Origin: an uncultured Chloroflexia bacterium
GTDB taxonomy: Bacteria; Chloroflexota; Anaerolineae; JAAYZQ01
DNA length: 64,000 nt
Assembly: GCA_963700285.1 (NCBI GenBank)
Contig: CAVOXA010000022.1
Span: 32,001 to 96,000, forward strand
Reading direction: 5' to 3'
The notes beneath the pieces were generated by a model. That model did not search any database and was not told the DNA's origin. It saw only the letters and a list, made by a program, of their open reading frames with translations. Positions 50,663-62,519 of the stretch are shown here, in pieces. Within the stretch, counting starts at the first letter, position 1, and every line of letters starts with the position of its first letter. The position numbers and the translations under genes were made by a program.

Positions 50663-53091
50663 ATGCTGAGAACTCGCTGGTACAAAGTCCTTATTGATCT
50701 GTGGCGGAATCGGGTCCGGACCCTGGTTGTGGCCCTGGCCATCGCCGTGGGCGTCTATTCTGTGGGCGTCGTGCTCGATGTCCGCCAGATCGTGGTGCGC
50801 GAGTACGAGGGTAACCTAGCGGCTGCCAAGCCGGCCGATGCCATTGTCCATACCCAGCCCTTTGACCACGACCTGGTGGAGCGTATCGCCAGGGTCCCTG
50901 GGGTGGCCGCGGTTGAGGGCCGCGCCATCGTGCGTACCCGAGCCTATGGCGGGGAACCCCCTCTCTGGGGGAGGCCGCCGCTCAGCAGCGCGACCTGGTT
51001 CTGGGTGTTTACGACGATCCCGAAAAGATCCAGGTCGATGCCGTAGCCTCGCTGGCGGGGCGCTGGCCCCCGCAAGAGCGCGAGATCGTACTGGAGCGCC
51101 TGTCGCCTGAGTACCTTGGTGTGGCCATCGGCGACGCCATCACCATTGAACTGGACGATGGCCCGGCCAAGACCCTCGAGGTGGTGGGCATTCTCCACGA
51201 TCCCCAGGTACTTGGCCCCGACGTTTCTGACACTGCCGTCGGCCTGGTCACCCTGGAAACTCTGGCCTGGCTGGGTTTCGACGAGGTCTACACCGAACTG
51301 CACATCCGGGTCACGGACGGCATGGCGCAGGGTTCCTTCGGGGCCAGCAAGGCCGCGATCAATACCGTCGTCGACGCGGTCGAGGAGCATCTGGAGCGCT
51401 CGGGCCGTACCGCGCTCAGCCGGCGCGTCATCACCGACAGCAATGCGGGCCCCTACATCGACACCATCGTCCTTATCCTGACCATGTTTGGGATCCTGAT
51501 CCTGCTGCTCTCGGGCTTTTTGGTGATCAATGCCATATCGGCTCTCATCACCCAGCAAGTACAGCAGATTGGGATCATGAAGCTCATCGGCGCTCGACGC
51601 CTGCAGATCATGGCTATGTACATCGTGATGGTATCGGCCTACGGGCTCATCGCTGTGGCCATCGGCATCCCGCTGGCCATGCTCACGGCGCGCGGGCTGA
51701 TGCGGGGCATCGTCGAACCCTTGCTCAACGTCATGACCGATAGCTACGCCGTGCCGCCGGCCCTCATCGCCGCGCAGGTTGCCGTGGGCCTGCTCTTGCC
51801 TCTTCTGGCCGGACTGGCGCCGGTGCTCAAGGGCACAAGCATCACGACCCAGCAGGCGCTGAACGACGTGGGCATGCAGGCCGGTGTAAACCGGCAGGGA
51901 CTTGTCGAAAGGCTGCTGGTTCAACTGCAGGGTCTGCGGGCCGTGCAGCGACCCCTCGTGCTGGCAGTACGCAATACGCTGCGGCACAAGGGCCGGCTGG
52001 TCCAGACCTTGATCGTGCTCATTGTCGGCACGGCGTTGTTTATCTCCGTCTTGAGCGTGCGTACCTCGGTCAATGCCACCCTCGACGATTTCATGCGCTT
52101 CCATCGCTACGACGTCTCTGTCGAATTGGAGCGACCCTACCGCACGCAGCGCCTGGAACAGGCCGCCCTGGAGGTGCCTGGCGTGATAGATGTGGAGGCA
52201 TGGTCGTCGGCGCGCGCACTCCGACAGCGCCCCGATGACACTGAGAGTGAGGCCATTCACCTTGTGGCCGTGCCCCCCGATACGGCTTTCATGGTCCCAG
52301 AGGTCTCGGCCGGCAGTTGGCTGCCCATGGACGGGGGACGGGCCGTCGTGGTCAACTCGGATATCGTCGAGGACGAACCCGACATCCGCGTCGGGCAGGA
52401 AATCGTGTTGGATATCGGTGGTCACGAGGCGAACTGGCGTGTGGTGGGCATCGTGCCCACAGAGTCCCGCGGACCAGCCATCTTTGTGGCGCTCGACGAT
52501 TATGCCCGCGTCACGCGCACCCCTGACCAGGCCAACAGGGTTCAAGTCATCGTCCGGGGGGGTAGTGCGGCGCAGGAAGAGATGGCCAACCTTCTCCGCG
52601 ACCACTTTGAGGCACGTGGCTTCGAGGTCGATGGCACCCAGACGGCTGGAGCCATCAATACGGCAAACGAGCTATTGTTCAACCTCGTCGTCGCCTTTTT
52701 GATCCTGATGGCGCTCTTGCTCGCCGCCGTGGGGGGGCTGGGCCTGACTACGACGATGAGCATCAATATTCTGGAACGGGTGCGCGAGATCGGCGTGCTG
52801 CGGGCGGTGGGCGCTTCTAACCTGGCCGTGAGCCGCATTGTACTGGCTGAGGGGCTCGTCATCGGCGTGCTGAGCTGGGCTGTTGGGACGCTGCTCTCCC
52901 TGCCCGTCAGTGTCTGGATGAGCGACCAGGTGGGCCTGGCCCTTTTGGACGTGCCCCTGACCTTCCAGTACTCGGTCGTGGCCGCCGTTCTGTGGTTCTT
53001 TGCCCTGCTGGCCGTGGCAGCGGCAGCCAGCCTGGGACCGGCGCGCAATGCAGTCCGGCTGACCATCCGGGAGGTGCTGGCCTATGAGTGA
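50663..53091 (+). CDS. ABC exporter permease, two FtsX/MacB-like halves (frameshift near 50960-51000)
   Basis: DLWRN..RTL.V.LAIAVGV start; QQIGIMK.IGA and [15 protein letters not shown] motifs. Confidence 0.85.
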
Positions 53092-53930
53092 TTGGCACAC
53101 AGAAAGAAGCACAGCAAGGACGACAAATGCTGCAATCCTTATTCGGACCCAAAACCAACGGTAACGGCGACACGGTCGCCGCCATACCCCAGAACGGCCG
53201 CCCCTTGGTCGACCTGGTTGGAGTACAAAAGGCGTACAGCACTCCCGCCGGTGACTTTTACGCCCTGAAGGGCATTGACCTTCAGATCCACCAGGGCGAA
53301 TTTGTCGCTGTCTCGGGCAAATCCGGTGCCGGCAAATCCACGCTTATCAACATGGTGACCGGCATCGACCGGCCCAGCAGCGGCCAGATCTATGTGGGCG
53401 GCCAGCCCGTCCACGTCCTGAGCGAAGACCAAGTGGCCGCCTGGCGGGGGCAGAAGGTGGGCGTCATCTTTCAGTTCTTCCAGTTGATGCCCATGCTCAC
53501 CTGCGCCCAGAACGTGATGCTGCCCATGGATTTCGCCAACCGCTACCGCTCGCCCCGCGAGCGGCGGGAGCGGGCGCTGCACCTGCTGGAGCAGGTGGAT
53601 ATTCCCGAACAGGCCGACAAATTGCCCTCGGCCGTCTCTGGCGGCCAGCGCCAGCGGGTGGCCATCGCCCGCGCCCTGGCCAACGACCCCGCTCTTCTGG
53701 CTGCCGACGAGCCGACGGGCAACCTGGATTCCAAGACAGCCAACGCTGTCTTTGAGGTATTTGAGGCCCTTGTTGATGGCGGCAAGACCATCTTGATGGT
53801 GACCCACGACCGGGAGCTGGCCTCGAGGGTGACGCGCACCGTGCGCATCACCGACGGCCGGATCGTGAACGGCGAGGAGCCTGCGGCTTTGTCCTGGGAG
53901 GTGCTTGGTGCTGAACTGGCTGGGGGGTAG
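53088..53930 (+). CDS. ABC transporter ATP-binding protein (LolD/MacB-like)
   Basis: [31 protein letters not shown]. Confidence 0.93.
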   Translation: MIGTQKEAQQGRQMLQSLFGPKTNGNGDTVAAIPQNGRPLVDLVGVQKAYSTPAGDFYALKGIDLQIHQGEFVAVSGKSGAGKSTLINMVTGIDRPSSGQIYVGGQPVHVLSEDQVAAWRGQKVGVIFQFFQLMPMLTCAQNVMLPMDFANRYRSPRERRERALHLLEQVDIPEQADKLPSAVSGGQRQRVAIARALANDPALLAADEPTGNLDSKTANAVFEVFEALVDGGKTILMVTHDRELASRVTRTVRITDGRIVNGEEPAALSWEVLGAELAGG

Positions 53931-54864
53931 CCGGCGAGCGGCGTCTGCTCAGACTGCCCGGAATGGGGCAGCGTTCATTAGACATAACGGAACGAACGGA
54001 TCCAGCGGTCAGCGTGGGGTTTCCGGCTCCGGCGATCTCGGCCGGTTGCACGATCTTGCCGCGCCGACGGGGACGGCCTGGCCCCTCAGCGAGCCCATGA
54101 TCGACCTGCTTGGCATCACCAAGGAGTACAAAACCGATGCCGGGCCCTTCCTGGCCCTGAAGGCTGTCGACCTGCGCATCATGCCCGGCGAATTCGTGGC
54201 CGTGGTGGGCCGCTCGGGCAGTGGCAAGTCAACGTTGATCAATATGTTCACCGGCATCGACCATCCCACCGGGGGCGAGGTGATTGTCGCGGGGACGCGC
54301 ATCCGCCAGCTCGACGAGGGACGGATGGCCGAGTGGCGAGGCCGTACCCTGGGCATCGTCTTTCAGTTTTTTCAGCTTTTGCCTACACTGACCGTGGTGG
54401 AGAACGTCATGCTGCCCATGGATCTCTGCGGCATCTTTGATCCGGCCGAGCGCTACGAACGGGCCCTGCACCTACTGGACCAGGTGGGGGTGGCCGATGA
54501 CGCGCCCAAGTACCCGTCCGCCGTGTCAGGCGGGCAGCAGCAGCGGGCGGCCATCGCCCGGGCACTGGCCAACGATCCGCCCATACTCGTCGCCGACGAG
54601 CCCACCGGCAACCTGGATTCCAGGGCGGCGGAGGACATCTACCGTCTCTTTGAGTCGCTGGTATCGGAGGGCAAAACGATCCTCATGGTCACCCACGATC
54701 GCGAACTGGCCGCACAGGCGCCCCGTGTTCTGACCTTGGCCGACGGGGAGTTTGTACGGGAAGATCTGCGCCCTCTACTGTTTCTGGACCAGCACCCGGT
54801 CTTCCGGGCACCAGACTCAAGGGACCTCGTCGCTGCCCAGCATGTATCCGCAGCCCCGAACTAG
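53905..54864 (+). CDS. Second ABC transporter ATP-binding protein (start uncertain, possibly 54097)
   Basis: [31 protein letters not shown]. Confidence 0.9.
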   Translation: MVLNWLGGSRRAASAQTARNGAAFIRHNGTNGSSGQRGVSGSGDLGRLHDLAAPTGTAWPLSEPMIDLLGITKEYKTDAGPFLALKAVDLRIMPGEFVAVVGRSGSGKSTLINMFTGIDHPTGGEVIVAGTRIRQLDEGRMAEWRGRTLGIVFQFFQLLPTLTVVENVMLPMDLCGIFDPAERYERALHLLDQVGVADDAPKYPSAVSGGQQQRAAIARALANDPPILVADEPTGNLDSRAAEDIYRLFESLVSEGKTILMVTHDRELAAQAPRVLTLADGEFVREDLRPLLFLDQHPVFRAPDSRDLVAAQHVSAAPN

Positions 54865-54872
54865 CCAGTCGC

Positions 54873-54907
54873 ACGACTTCCGAAGCTTTCCGAAACTTCG
54901 GAAGTCT
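54873..54907. repeat. Palindromic repeat between convergent genes
   Basis: GACTTCCGAAG-CTTTCCGAAA-CTTCGGAAGTC. Confidence 0.7.
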
Positions 54908-54995
54908 AGAATTCAGTGGGCCCTCTCCTCCGATGGGCGGCGGTCTCCCGGCCGAGCCCACCTGGCTTTGGTCACAGATCCTTGGCCATCGCAAG

Positions 54996-55871
54996 TTAGT
55001 CCAGCTCCAGTTTCCACACCTCGCGCACGAAATAGCGGGTCATGCCGGCATACTCGCAGTCCGGTTCGAGAAACCGCTTTAGTTTCGCCTTCTTCTCGGC
55101 CAGTTCTGCTGGCGCGAGGTCTGGCTTCTGCAGGTCTATGCCCAGTGTCTCCATGGCCAGGTACCACAGGTACCGCCTTCGGACCAGCTCTTCCCGGTTC
55201 AGGCCATAGTATTGCTCCATGGCATCGACTGCCTGGGCAGCAAAGCCGTCGTTCTGCACCGCCACGACGCGCACTTCCTCCAGTACCGGGATCACCTGGT
55301 AGGCAATGTACTTTTCTGGCTCGTCAAAGTAGGGATTCAGCAGAAGCGGACGTTCGGCGAGGTGATCCGCCATATGCTGCGCCAAACTATGACCCTCTTT
55401 GGGTTTGATGGGATCGGGGCAAAGCCGCGCCTGCCAATCATCCAGGACCTCGTCTACCGACTGTCCATTGATGTCGGGCCCGGCGAGGGAGCTGCCCTGA
55501 ATAGGAAAGTGATCGTGCTTGTGGATTTGGTTGCACACCTGGCATGCGTACAGATAATTGTCATAACAGTAGCTCAACCACCAGTACTTGGATTTGGGCC
55601 GATAGTGCTCCACATCCCCATGTGCGACCACCTTCACCGGGGCTTCGCAATAGGCACACTTGTTGTGCGTCTCTGTTCTCAGCGCTGCCTTGGCTGGCTT
55701 CCAGTAATGCGTCTTGAAGTCGTCCGAGGCGAATTGCCCCTTGCTTCGCTTGTGCTCCAGCAACAGCCGGTTTTTATTGCGCAGATGGTGTCCCCATAGG
55801 CCGCCGGGAATGAGGTATTTCTGCTTGCCGGCGATGTCATGCTTCTCCCGGTCTCTGCTGAGCTGGATCAT
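54996..55871 (-). CDS. HNH endonuclease, Septu PtuB / retron-effector-like
   Basis: KCAYCE, DVEHYRPK, WLSY..DNYLYACQVCN..HK.D.FP, LLNPY; overlaps the ATPase stop. Confidence 0.85.
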   Translation of the reverse strand: MIQLSRDREKHDIAGKQKYLIPGGLWGHHLRNKNRLLLEHKRSKGQFASDDFKTHYWKPAKAALRTETHNKCAYCEAPVKVVAHGDVEHYRPKSKYWWLSYCYDNYLYACQVCNQIHKHDHFPIQGSSLAGPDINGQSVDEVLDDWQARLCPDPIKPKEGHSLAQHMADHLAERPLLLNPYFDEPEKYIAYQVIPVLEEVRVVAVQNDGFAAQAVDAMEQYYGLNREELVRRRYLWYLAMETLGIDLQKPDLAPAELAEKKAKLKRFLEPDCEYAGMTRYFVREVWKLELD

Positions 55872-57136
55872 GGCTCCGCACCTTTGGCGTCGCGTATCTC
55901 CTCCAGCAATGACCTCAGCTCGCCATAGTAGGGTAGTTCGGCGTTCCAGTCCGGTTGATCCGCCAACTGCTCTTCCAGGCTGGCCATCTCCTTTCTATCG
56001 GCGGCTGTTTTCTGTTCCTTGTCGTACAGGGTCCGATATTCTTCCCGCAGCTCCTCCCATTTGCGGGAATTCATCGTATCCAGACCAAAGAACGGGGTCA
56101 TGATCAATTGATGCAGCAGCAGTTGGTTGGGGGCCCCTTCGAAACGCAAGAGTTCGATCTCTTCCTCTGGCTCGTGCTTGCGCCGCAGAGAAAACAACTC
56201 CCCTTCGCCTGCCTGATGGGCAGTGAATGGCGAATGCGTGGTCGCTACGATCTGCAGGTTCGGATATTTGACCGAGATGTATTCGCGGAGCCTGCGTTGC
56301 CAGCTCAGGTGCAGGTGCAGCCCGATCTCGTCGATGAGCAACAGGCCCCGCGCGTGCAGAGGGTTCCTGTAATCCTCGAAAACCTCCGTCAGCCGGTACA
56401 ACAGATCGCCGCACCAAGAAATGGCATTCTGAAAGCCGTCGCTCATCAAGGCCAGGGGCATGGGCCCTTCGTTGGTCTCGAAAATCAACTGCCTGGTTTC
56501 CCTGTCAATGGTCAGAAACTCGACTCCGGGCAAAAAGTCGCGCATGGCCTCTGATACCAATGCCAGCGCCTCATCACTTCGGCGGTAGTGGAGGTCCGTG
56601 GCCCACGTCTCCAGCGAGACCAGGTCGGCATCGGGTGAAAAGAGCGTCGCCACGCTGTTGGCCCGGGGATGGGAAAACCGCCCCCCCTTGGGAGACGTCT
56701 GCATGCCGGACGTGGGCAGCCGGCGCGAAACACCATATCCGACCGTGAAATAGCTGCGGTTCGTATACTTTAACGCCTGGTCCAGCGCGTCCAGTGAATT
56801 AGTGTTCGTCTTGAACATCTCGCGGATGTTCTGTCCCCGCTCAAAGCGCAGGGCGATCTTTCGTTCCCGGTCCTCGGCCGTGCTCAAGACGGCCCGTATC
56901 TCTGCACTGTCCGCCCCAAAGCGGATCCAGGAGTCGGGTGATTCCCCGATCAGAGAAGGCAGTGCGTCACTGCCGGCAAGCAACAGGGCGATGGAGCGCA
57001 AGATCGTACTCTTGCCCGTGCCATTCTCTCCCAGCAACACCGTCCACTGGCGCGGTTTGCCCCGATCGTCCGTCAGGGATAGATCCAGCTCTCTGATGGA
57101 CCGGATATTCCTCAAGTACAGGTGTTCAAGAAACAT
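55868..57136 (-). CDS. ABC/AAA_21-type ATPase, Septu PtuA-like
   Basis: GENGTGKST, MSDGFQ, LIDEIGLHLH.SWQ, TTHSP. Confidence 0.88.
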   Translation of the reverse strand: MFLEHLYLRNIRSIRELDLSLTDDRGKPRQWTVLLGENGTGKSTILRSIALLLAGSDALPSLIGESPDSWIRFGADSAEIRAVLSTAEDRERKIALRFERGQNIREMFKTNTNSLDALDQALKYTNRSYFTVGYGVSRRLPTSGMQTSPKGGRFSHPRANSVATLFSPDADLVSLETWATDLHYRRSDEALALVSEAMRDFLPGVEFLTIDRETRQLIFETNEGPMPLALMSDGFQNAISWCGDLLYRLTEVFEDYRNPLHARGLLLIDEIGLHLHLSWQRRLREYISVKYPNLQIVATTHSPFTAHQAGEGELFSLRRKHEPEEEIELLRFEGAPNQLLLHQLIMTPFFGLDTMNSRKWEELREEYRTLYDKEQKTAADRKEMASLEEQLADQPDWNAELPYYGELRSLLEEIRDAKGAEP

Positions 57137-57265
57137 GCTGTCCTCCCGCTTTTTCAGAGGCCGCAAGGCTGATTTGGGTCGATAAATGGCAGTCCCCATT
57201 GTACGGCGGGAACTTGCGCGTCAACCGTATCCTCCAGCGATGGGGCAACCAAACACGGTTGGCTT

Positions 57266-58984
57266 TCACGACCCGCACCGCGCCCGCAACCAGCGCAAGA
57301 TCTGCCACAGCACCCGGCAGTCTGCTTGGAGATACTCCTGGAGAAGCTCCATCTCCCTGGATTCCATTGGCTCCGGGCCCTCGTAGGCCCGCCAGCCCAT
57401 GACCATGGCCTGACGCCCCGCGTCCAGGTCAGCGGGCCACCGGGTCTCGAATGCAGGCTCCATCGCGCCCAGCGCCGAGGCTACCTCTTTCAGGCCAAAC
57501 TTCCACGCCCCCGGTAAGGCGGCCGGGCCGTTGAGGAACACCTGCTGCAGGTCGTACCAGGGCAACTTTCGCAAGGGATGGCTTTGGGGCAGCCCGTGCC
57601 GGTCCGCAACGTGCCGGGTCTGCCAGACCTCGGCGCTGGACCAATGATAGAGCGCCGAGGCTCCAAGCTCAAAGAGCGCCCCCTGTGTCTCGATCTGCAG
57701 GTGCTCGATGCAACGTTCAAAAGCCGCCCATTCCCCGGCCTGGCTTTCTTGCCCGGCGACAAAGGCTTTGTAGCGCCACTCCGCGCCAGCCTCCCAACCC
57801 ACGCCGATCATGAACACCATCTCGCGGCCCCCGAGTTCCGGCCACTGTACCTCAAAGTCCACGTTGGCGTTGGAAAAGTACTCAAAGTCGACGTAGAATT
57901 CAAAGGGCTTCCGCACCGGCAGGGCCTCGGGCGGCGGCAGAACGGCCGCCCCGGACCGGTTTGCGTGCAGCACGGCTCGCATCTGGCCTGCCCGCTTGGC
58001 GCCCAGACCCTTGATCTGTTCCAGGGGCAAGCTAGCGGGATCCGCCTGGAGTAGGCTATCCAGGCTGGTATAGCCCCGCGCAGCCAGCGCTGTTTTGGCG
58101 GCGGGGCCGACAAAATACAGCCGGCTGGGATCGCCCCCAGGCGTTTTCTCCAGGGCAATGGTCTTCTTGGCTGTCTGCCAGCGCTCGTTGGCCTCGTCCG
58201 GGTTCGAGGCCACGATTTCGTCCTGCCAGGGCAGATACCGGTCCCCGTTGAGCTTGATCTCCACGTACCGGTCGCGGATCGCCGCCAGGTCCTCATCCAG
58301 TGGTCCGCCCACCCGGGAGCTGATCTCCACCGGCAGCGGGTCGAAAAGGCGGTCGCGAGTGACCAGGAATGCCTGTCCTGGCATCGTATCTTGCAACTGC
58401 CCCAACATGTAGGAATAGATCCGGACCTGGCGTTCGTAGACTGCCAGATCCCCGACCTTGCGCCGGCCATCGAGCCCCGTCGTGAACTTGTGGTCAAAGA
58501 CGACATAATGCCCTTCCGGACGTTCTCTTCCAGCTCGGGCTTCCGCCTCGCCCAGCAGGTTTGGAAGATGCTCCCGGATCCATGCGGTGTGGACCAGCAG
58601 ATCGGGTACGCCATAGACCCGCTCCGGAGCCCACCACAGGGCTGGCTGGGCGATCAGCGGCGCGCCCTGCTGCATGAGCGCGTAGGTCTCTTGAACTTTT
58701 CGAGCATCCAGGACGTCTCCGGCGCCGGTGCACACCCTTGGCGTCGCCGGCGCCACCTCCTGGATCCAAGCCCGCTCAAATTGGCGGCCCTTTTCCGCGA
58801 GATAATCGCCAAAGGAATAGGGCAAGGTGTCCGGCTGGAAGCCATGCTGGGCGCCGTGGTATTCTAGCCAGACGAGGACCGGGTCCTCGACGACAAAGGG
58901 CCGGACCTGCGAGGCGGGCATCCAGCCGGCTGGGACCTGCACCTGTCCTCCCAACGCTATCCGCAGCGCAGATTCTTCTACCAT
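57266..58984 (-). CDS. TM0106-family RecB-like nuclease with C-terminal RNase H-like domain
   Basis: G.PDLLV...VFDHK, QVRIY, HhH IKGLG.KR, YVDFE...FMIG...YHW...E...DL...GLKEVA...Y...DC. Confidence 0.82.
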   Translation of the reverse strand: MVEESALRIALGGQVQVPAGWMPASQVRPFVVEDPVLVWLEYHGAQHGFQPDTLPYSFGDYLAEKGRQFERAWIQEVAPATPRVCTGAGDVLDARKVQETYALMQQGAPLIAQPALWWAPERVYGVPDLLVHTAWIREHLPNLLGEAEARAGRERPEGHYVVFDHKFTTGLDGRRKVGDLAVYERQVRIYSYMLGQLQDTMPGQAFLVTRDRLFDPLPVEISSRVGGPLDEDLAAIRDRYVEIKLNGDRYLPWQDEIVASNPDEANERWQTAKKTIALEKTPGGDPSRLYFVGPAAKTALAARGYTSLDSLLQADPASLPLEQIKGLGAKRAGQMRAVLHANRSGAAVLPPPEALPVRKPFEFYVDFEYFSNANVDFEVQWPELGGREMVFMIGVGWEAGAEWRYKAFVAGQESQAGEWAAFERCIEHLQIETQGALFELGASALYHWSSAEVWQTRHVADRHGLPQSHPLRKLPWYDLQQVFLNGPAALPGAWKFGLKEVASALGAMEPAFETRWPADLDAGRQAMVMGWRAYEGPEPMESREMELLQEYLQADCRVLWQILRWLRARCGS

Positions 58985-59070
58985 GCAAAGCTCCTTCCCT
59001 ATCCTCGCTCCAGGCAGGTCACGGATCTGCTGGCTCAGCCCCCAAAAGGCGTACGCGCAAAGCGGGGACC

Positions 59071-59135
59071 GTTTGTAGTAGGCGCTTCAGCGCCGTTCTT
59101 GGCTCAGCAAGCGCGTTGAAACGCGCACTGTGAAC
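59071..59135. repeat. REPIN-like inverted doublet (second REP family)
   Basis: GTTTGTAGTAGGCGCTTCAGCGCC ... GCGCGTTGAAACGCGCACTGTGAAC; related to 22285-22339. Confidence 0.7.
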
Positions 59136-59140
59136 ACTCA

Positions 59141-60577
59141 TCACCCATCATCCGGCTCCAGCTCGACCTCCACGTAGCGCACCACCTTCCCAACAACTGA
59201 GGGCTCCAGGTCGGTGCGCTGCGGCTGGTCCACCGCCCGCATCTCGACAACCTCGTCGTTGGCATACCGGCGCCGGTTCTTGGCCAGCCGCCCCAATTCC
59301 GCCAATAGGGGCGGGAAGGGGACGGGGTTTGTGATTCCGTGCTCGCCGGCAACGGTCGACACCAGGATCTGGGTTCGCTCTGGGTCGAGCATCTTGGCCA
59401 ATACCCGTTCCTTGCCGCCTTCCAGGAAGGGGGTGCCGTTGTGGCTGCCGTGGTGCGACACCTTTAGCAGATCGAGCGGCTGCAGCAGCATTTGCTCGAC
59501 CTCTGGTTGGTGCAGCATCACGTCCCAGGTGCCGTTGCGCTGGCCCTCCTTGAAGCCTGGCCCGTGCCACTCGGCGTCCCCAGTGAACAGCAGCCGCCTG
59601 CCCCGCCATTCCAATAGCAGCACGATACTGGTGTTGTTCTTGAGCGCATCGTCCGTTTGGGAAAAGGCCAGCGCCGAATAGAGGAGCCGGTTCTGGAGCA
59701 GGCGAAAGTCGCCGCCGCTGATATTTTTGGGCTGGGCCGGTTTTGGCGCTGGTTCAGACGCAGCGGTTGTGGTCGGGGCGTCGAATGCTCCCGACACAGC
59801 TTGATAGGCTTCCGTGAGGCGCAGGACCTGATCGGTGAGTCCGTGGCTGCCCAGCGTGTCCTTGCCCAGGTAGTACTTGTCAATGTCCCACTCGGGGGCC
59901 AGTACCCGCAGGCAGGTCCCTGCGTCCTGGAAGCCCCGGAACCGCGTCGTCCCCCCGTCAAAGTCCAGATCATAGTCCTCTTGCTGCGCCGGGGTCAACC
60001 TATCGGCCAGGTCGCGGGCGACGTATAGCGGGTACCGGGGCGAGATGCCGCTGGCCTGGGCCAAGCCCTCGCGCAGCGCCTTGAGCGCGCCCGGGTTCCA
60101 GATGCTCCGCTGCAGCAGCGCCTGCACGCCGGGGGCCAGATGAAGCCCCTGGCGCGCCTCCAGGGACCTGGCGGCATCGTTGGCCACGTCCTGAAAGGCC
60201 ATCATCTTTTTGGCCTGGGGGTGGTCCGGCTTGATAAAGACCGTCAGCCAGATGCGCTCGATCTGGACATCCTCGAACCAGGTGGGATCAAAGCCCTTGA
60301 TGTGGTCCGCGTGGGGGTGGGTCGCGACCAGCAGGTCCAGGCGCCTTTTCATCGGCCCAGCATGGGACGCCCCGGGATGGGGCGCCTCAACTTGGGGCAG
60401 CATCGAGCGCACGTCATCCACCGCGTTCTTGAGCGCCGGGTTATTCTGGGGATCCGCCGAGGCGGAGGTACCACAATCGACAAGCAGGTGATAGTAGCCC
60501 TGGCCGTCGGGTATGCGCACATAGATACAGTCGCCAAAACCAACGTCATAGACCCGCACCAGTAGCTTGTCGTCCAT
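59141..60577 (-). CDS. MBL-fold (ComEC/Rec2-like) hydrolase, soluble
   Basis: DVGFGDC, DCG, THPHADH, NNTS, FTGDAE, KVSHHGS; SD AAGGAGG. Confidence 0.88.
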   Translation of the reverse strand: MDDKLLVRVYDVGFGDCIYVRIPDGQGYYHLLVDCGTSASADPQNNPALKNAVDDVRSMLPQVEAPHPGASHAGPMKRRLDLLVATHPHADHIKGFDPTWFEDVQIERIWLTVFIKPDHPQAKKMMAFQDVANDAARSLEARQGLHLAPGVQALLQRSIWNPGALKALREGLAQASGISPRYPLYVARDLADRLTPAQQEDYDLDFDGGTTRFRGFQDAGTCLRVLAPEWDIDKYYLGKDTLGSHGLTDQVLRLTEAYQAVSGAFDAPTTTAASEPAPKPAQPKNISGGDFRLLQNRLLYSALAFSQTDDALKNNTSIVLLLEWRGRRLLFTGDAEWHGPGFKEGQRNGTWDVMLHQPEVEQMLLQPLDLLKVSHHGSHNGTPFLEGGKERVLAKMLDPERTQILVSTVAGEHGITNPVPFPPLLAELGRLAKNRRRYANDEVVEMRAVDQPQRTDLEPSVVGKVVRYVEVELEPDDG

Positions 60578-60725
60578 CTTGCCCTCCTTTCGGGGCTTGT
60601 AGCCAGGCCTGCGTTCGGGATCCCGCCGCAGGTTTCTGGCCTGTGCAGCGGTAGCAACCCATGGCTGGTTCGGCCAGCGGCAGATCAGAGTCCAGCGCCA
60701 ACCTGCGGGAGGATGGCCCTGACAC

Positions 60726-62519
60726 CTACACTCCGGTCCAGTGCCGGAGGTGGGGTGTGACCTCCAGGCGCAGTCTGCCGTCGCCCCCGCGCTCGGCCAC
60801 GACCGGCGGCCGGGCCACGATCTCGTCGGGCCGGCCACCTTCAGAGAGCCCGACGTATCCGCTGCCAAAGCGGCCGGCCAGGTAGGTCAGAAGCTGCTTT
60901 TCCCGCGCCCTGCCCTTTTCCTGCTCTTTCTGGCAGTAGGAGCGACGTTTGCCTCCGCTCACCCTCTGCATGCTGGCGCCAGGCTTGCGCAGCCAGGAGC
61001 GGACGTTGCCCCGATCATCAAAGACCAGCGTCCCCCCGCACAGCAGAGAGACCAGCTCCCCTTGCGCGGCACCAAACTGGGACCCTTTGAGCTGCACGTC
61101 CTCGCGCCAGGCATACTGAAGCACGATCTCTCGGTGGAGCTTGCCCCTGCCCACGATCGTCTTGTCGGTCTGGTACAGGTCCACCACCGAGATGTCCTGT
61201 TGGGCCGGGATGCAAAGTTGGCGCCGGTTTTCGTTCAGAAAATGGTAGGCGTCAGTGCGCGAGCGTGCTATGCGCTCGATGTCGTAGGTGTAAAAGTAGA
61301 TCCGCTGGGGCTCGCCCTCGTCTTTGTCCACGTCGTGGCTGATGCCTCGCCCATCGAAGGCTGCCTTGATGATGTCGCGGAAGCCATCCTCGTCGACGGG
61401 GTCGACCACCTCGTCCGCCTGGAGGACGGCGCGGGCATAGTCGCTGAACTGGACATCGACAGGCGGTAGATAGTCCAGAGGCTGGAATGCGACGCGCCGG
61501 AAGCGGTTGGCGGCCCACAGGATGGCCTCTTTGCTCGTGGGCAGGTCCCCATTCTTCTTGGGTCGCTGCCTGTAGTAGGCAAACATGGCGCTCAGGATGT
61601 CCCACATTGCTCCGGTCAGTACCTGGGCCCAATCGTAGGGACTGCTGCTGCCGGCCTCACTCTGCATGGTTTTCTCGTTCAGGGCGCTGCGAAGATGGGG
61701 CCGGCCAGTGGCATAGCTGCCGAACTCCTCTGCCAGCGCGGCGACGAGGTTCTTTGTGGATAGATCCTCGCCGGCTTCCGCGGCCACCACCCAGCGGAGT
61801 TCGTTGTTGAGCAGCGAGCTCAGGATGGCCGTCATGTCGGCCACGAACTCGTGAAAGGCCGTCGTCTGCATCGAGCTGTCTTCGAAATAGCGGGGGCGCA
61901 GGCCGTCGAGGATGGCGTGGCCTGTTTCGTGGGCAATGATGTCGTGGGAGAGGCAAGTGTAGACCCGCCTGTTCTCCGGGCCGAAATAGTAGAACTGGAG
62001 GGACTTGCTGCGCCTGTCGTAGAAGGCGTTGGCCAGATAGCCGGCGTGGGGTACCACGGTCAGGCGGTTGCCCTCAAAGGCCCACGGCGCGGACCGGCCC
62101 AACACCCAGGTCGCCTCGTACATGCGCAGCACGCTCTGGATGATGGCCCACACGTTGACCTGGTGAAACTGGGCCTTGTCCTTGTGCTTTTTGGTAATAA
62201 ACTCTTTCTGGCCACCGGGCTCGAAATAGAACATGCGAGCCTTTCGATCCCATTTGACCGGTTCCTCAAGCTTGCCGGTATCGCCGTCATAGTCTACGAC
62301 GGCGATGCGGGCGCTGGTCGGGCCCGCCATCAGATCGGGTTCGCACTCGAATTCGAGGCTGCCCAGGCCAAACGCTGGATCGCTTTCCGCTACCAGCGGG
62401 TCCTGGACATAGACGTCCACCGGTACCAGCAGGCCAAGCGTGCGCTTGTTGTCACTGCTCAGCCGGGGCGCTGCCTGATATAGGTTTGAATAGTCGGTCA
62501 TGGTCCACTGAATCGCCAT
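60726..62519 (-). CDS. M4/M36-like gluzincin metallopeptidase without signal peptide
   Basis: NAFY, SHDIIAHETGHAILD (HExxH), AFHEFVAD third-ligand motif; SD GGAGG. Confidence 0.85.
   Translation of the reverse strand: MAIQWTMTDYSNLYQAAPRLSSDNKRTLGLLVPVDVYVQDPLVAESDPAFGLGSLEFECEPDLMAGPTSARIAVVDYDGDTGKLEEPVKWDRKARMFYFEPGGQKEFITKKHKDKAQFHQVNVWAIIQSVLRMYEATWVLGRSAPWAFEGNRLTVVPHAGYLANAFYDRRSKSLQFYYFGPENRRVYTCLSHDIIAHETGHAILDGLRPRYFEDSSMQTTAFHEFVADMTAILSSLLNNELRWVVAAEAGEDLSTKNLVAALAEEFGSYATGRPHLRSALNEKTMQSEAGSSSPYDWAQVLTGAMWDILSAMFAYYRQRPKKNGDLPTSKEAILWAANRFRRVAFQPLDYLPPVDVQFSDYARAVLQADEVVDPVDEDGFRDIIKAAFDGRGISHDVDKDEGEPQRIYFYTYDIERIARSRTDAYHFLNENRRQLCIPAQQDISVVDLYQTDKTIVGRGKLHREIVLQYAWREDVQLKGSQFGAAQGELVSLLCGGTLVFDDRGNVRSWLRKPGASMQRVSGGKRRSYCQKEQEKGRAREKQLLTYLAGRFGSGYVGLSEGGRPDEIVARPPVVAERGGDGRLRLEVTPHLRHWTGV

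Noticed and set aside
54996-57266. Retron (Ec78-like) system
   Set aside because: No reverse transcriptase gene or msr/msd-like region is visible next to the ATPase-HNH pair
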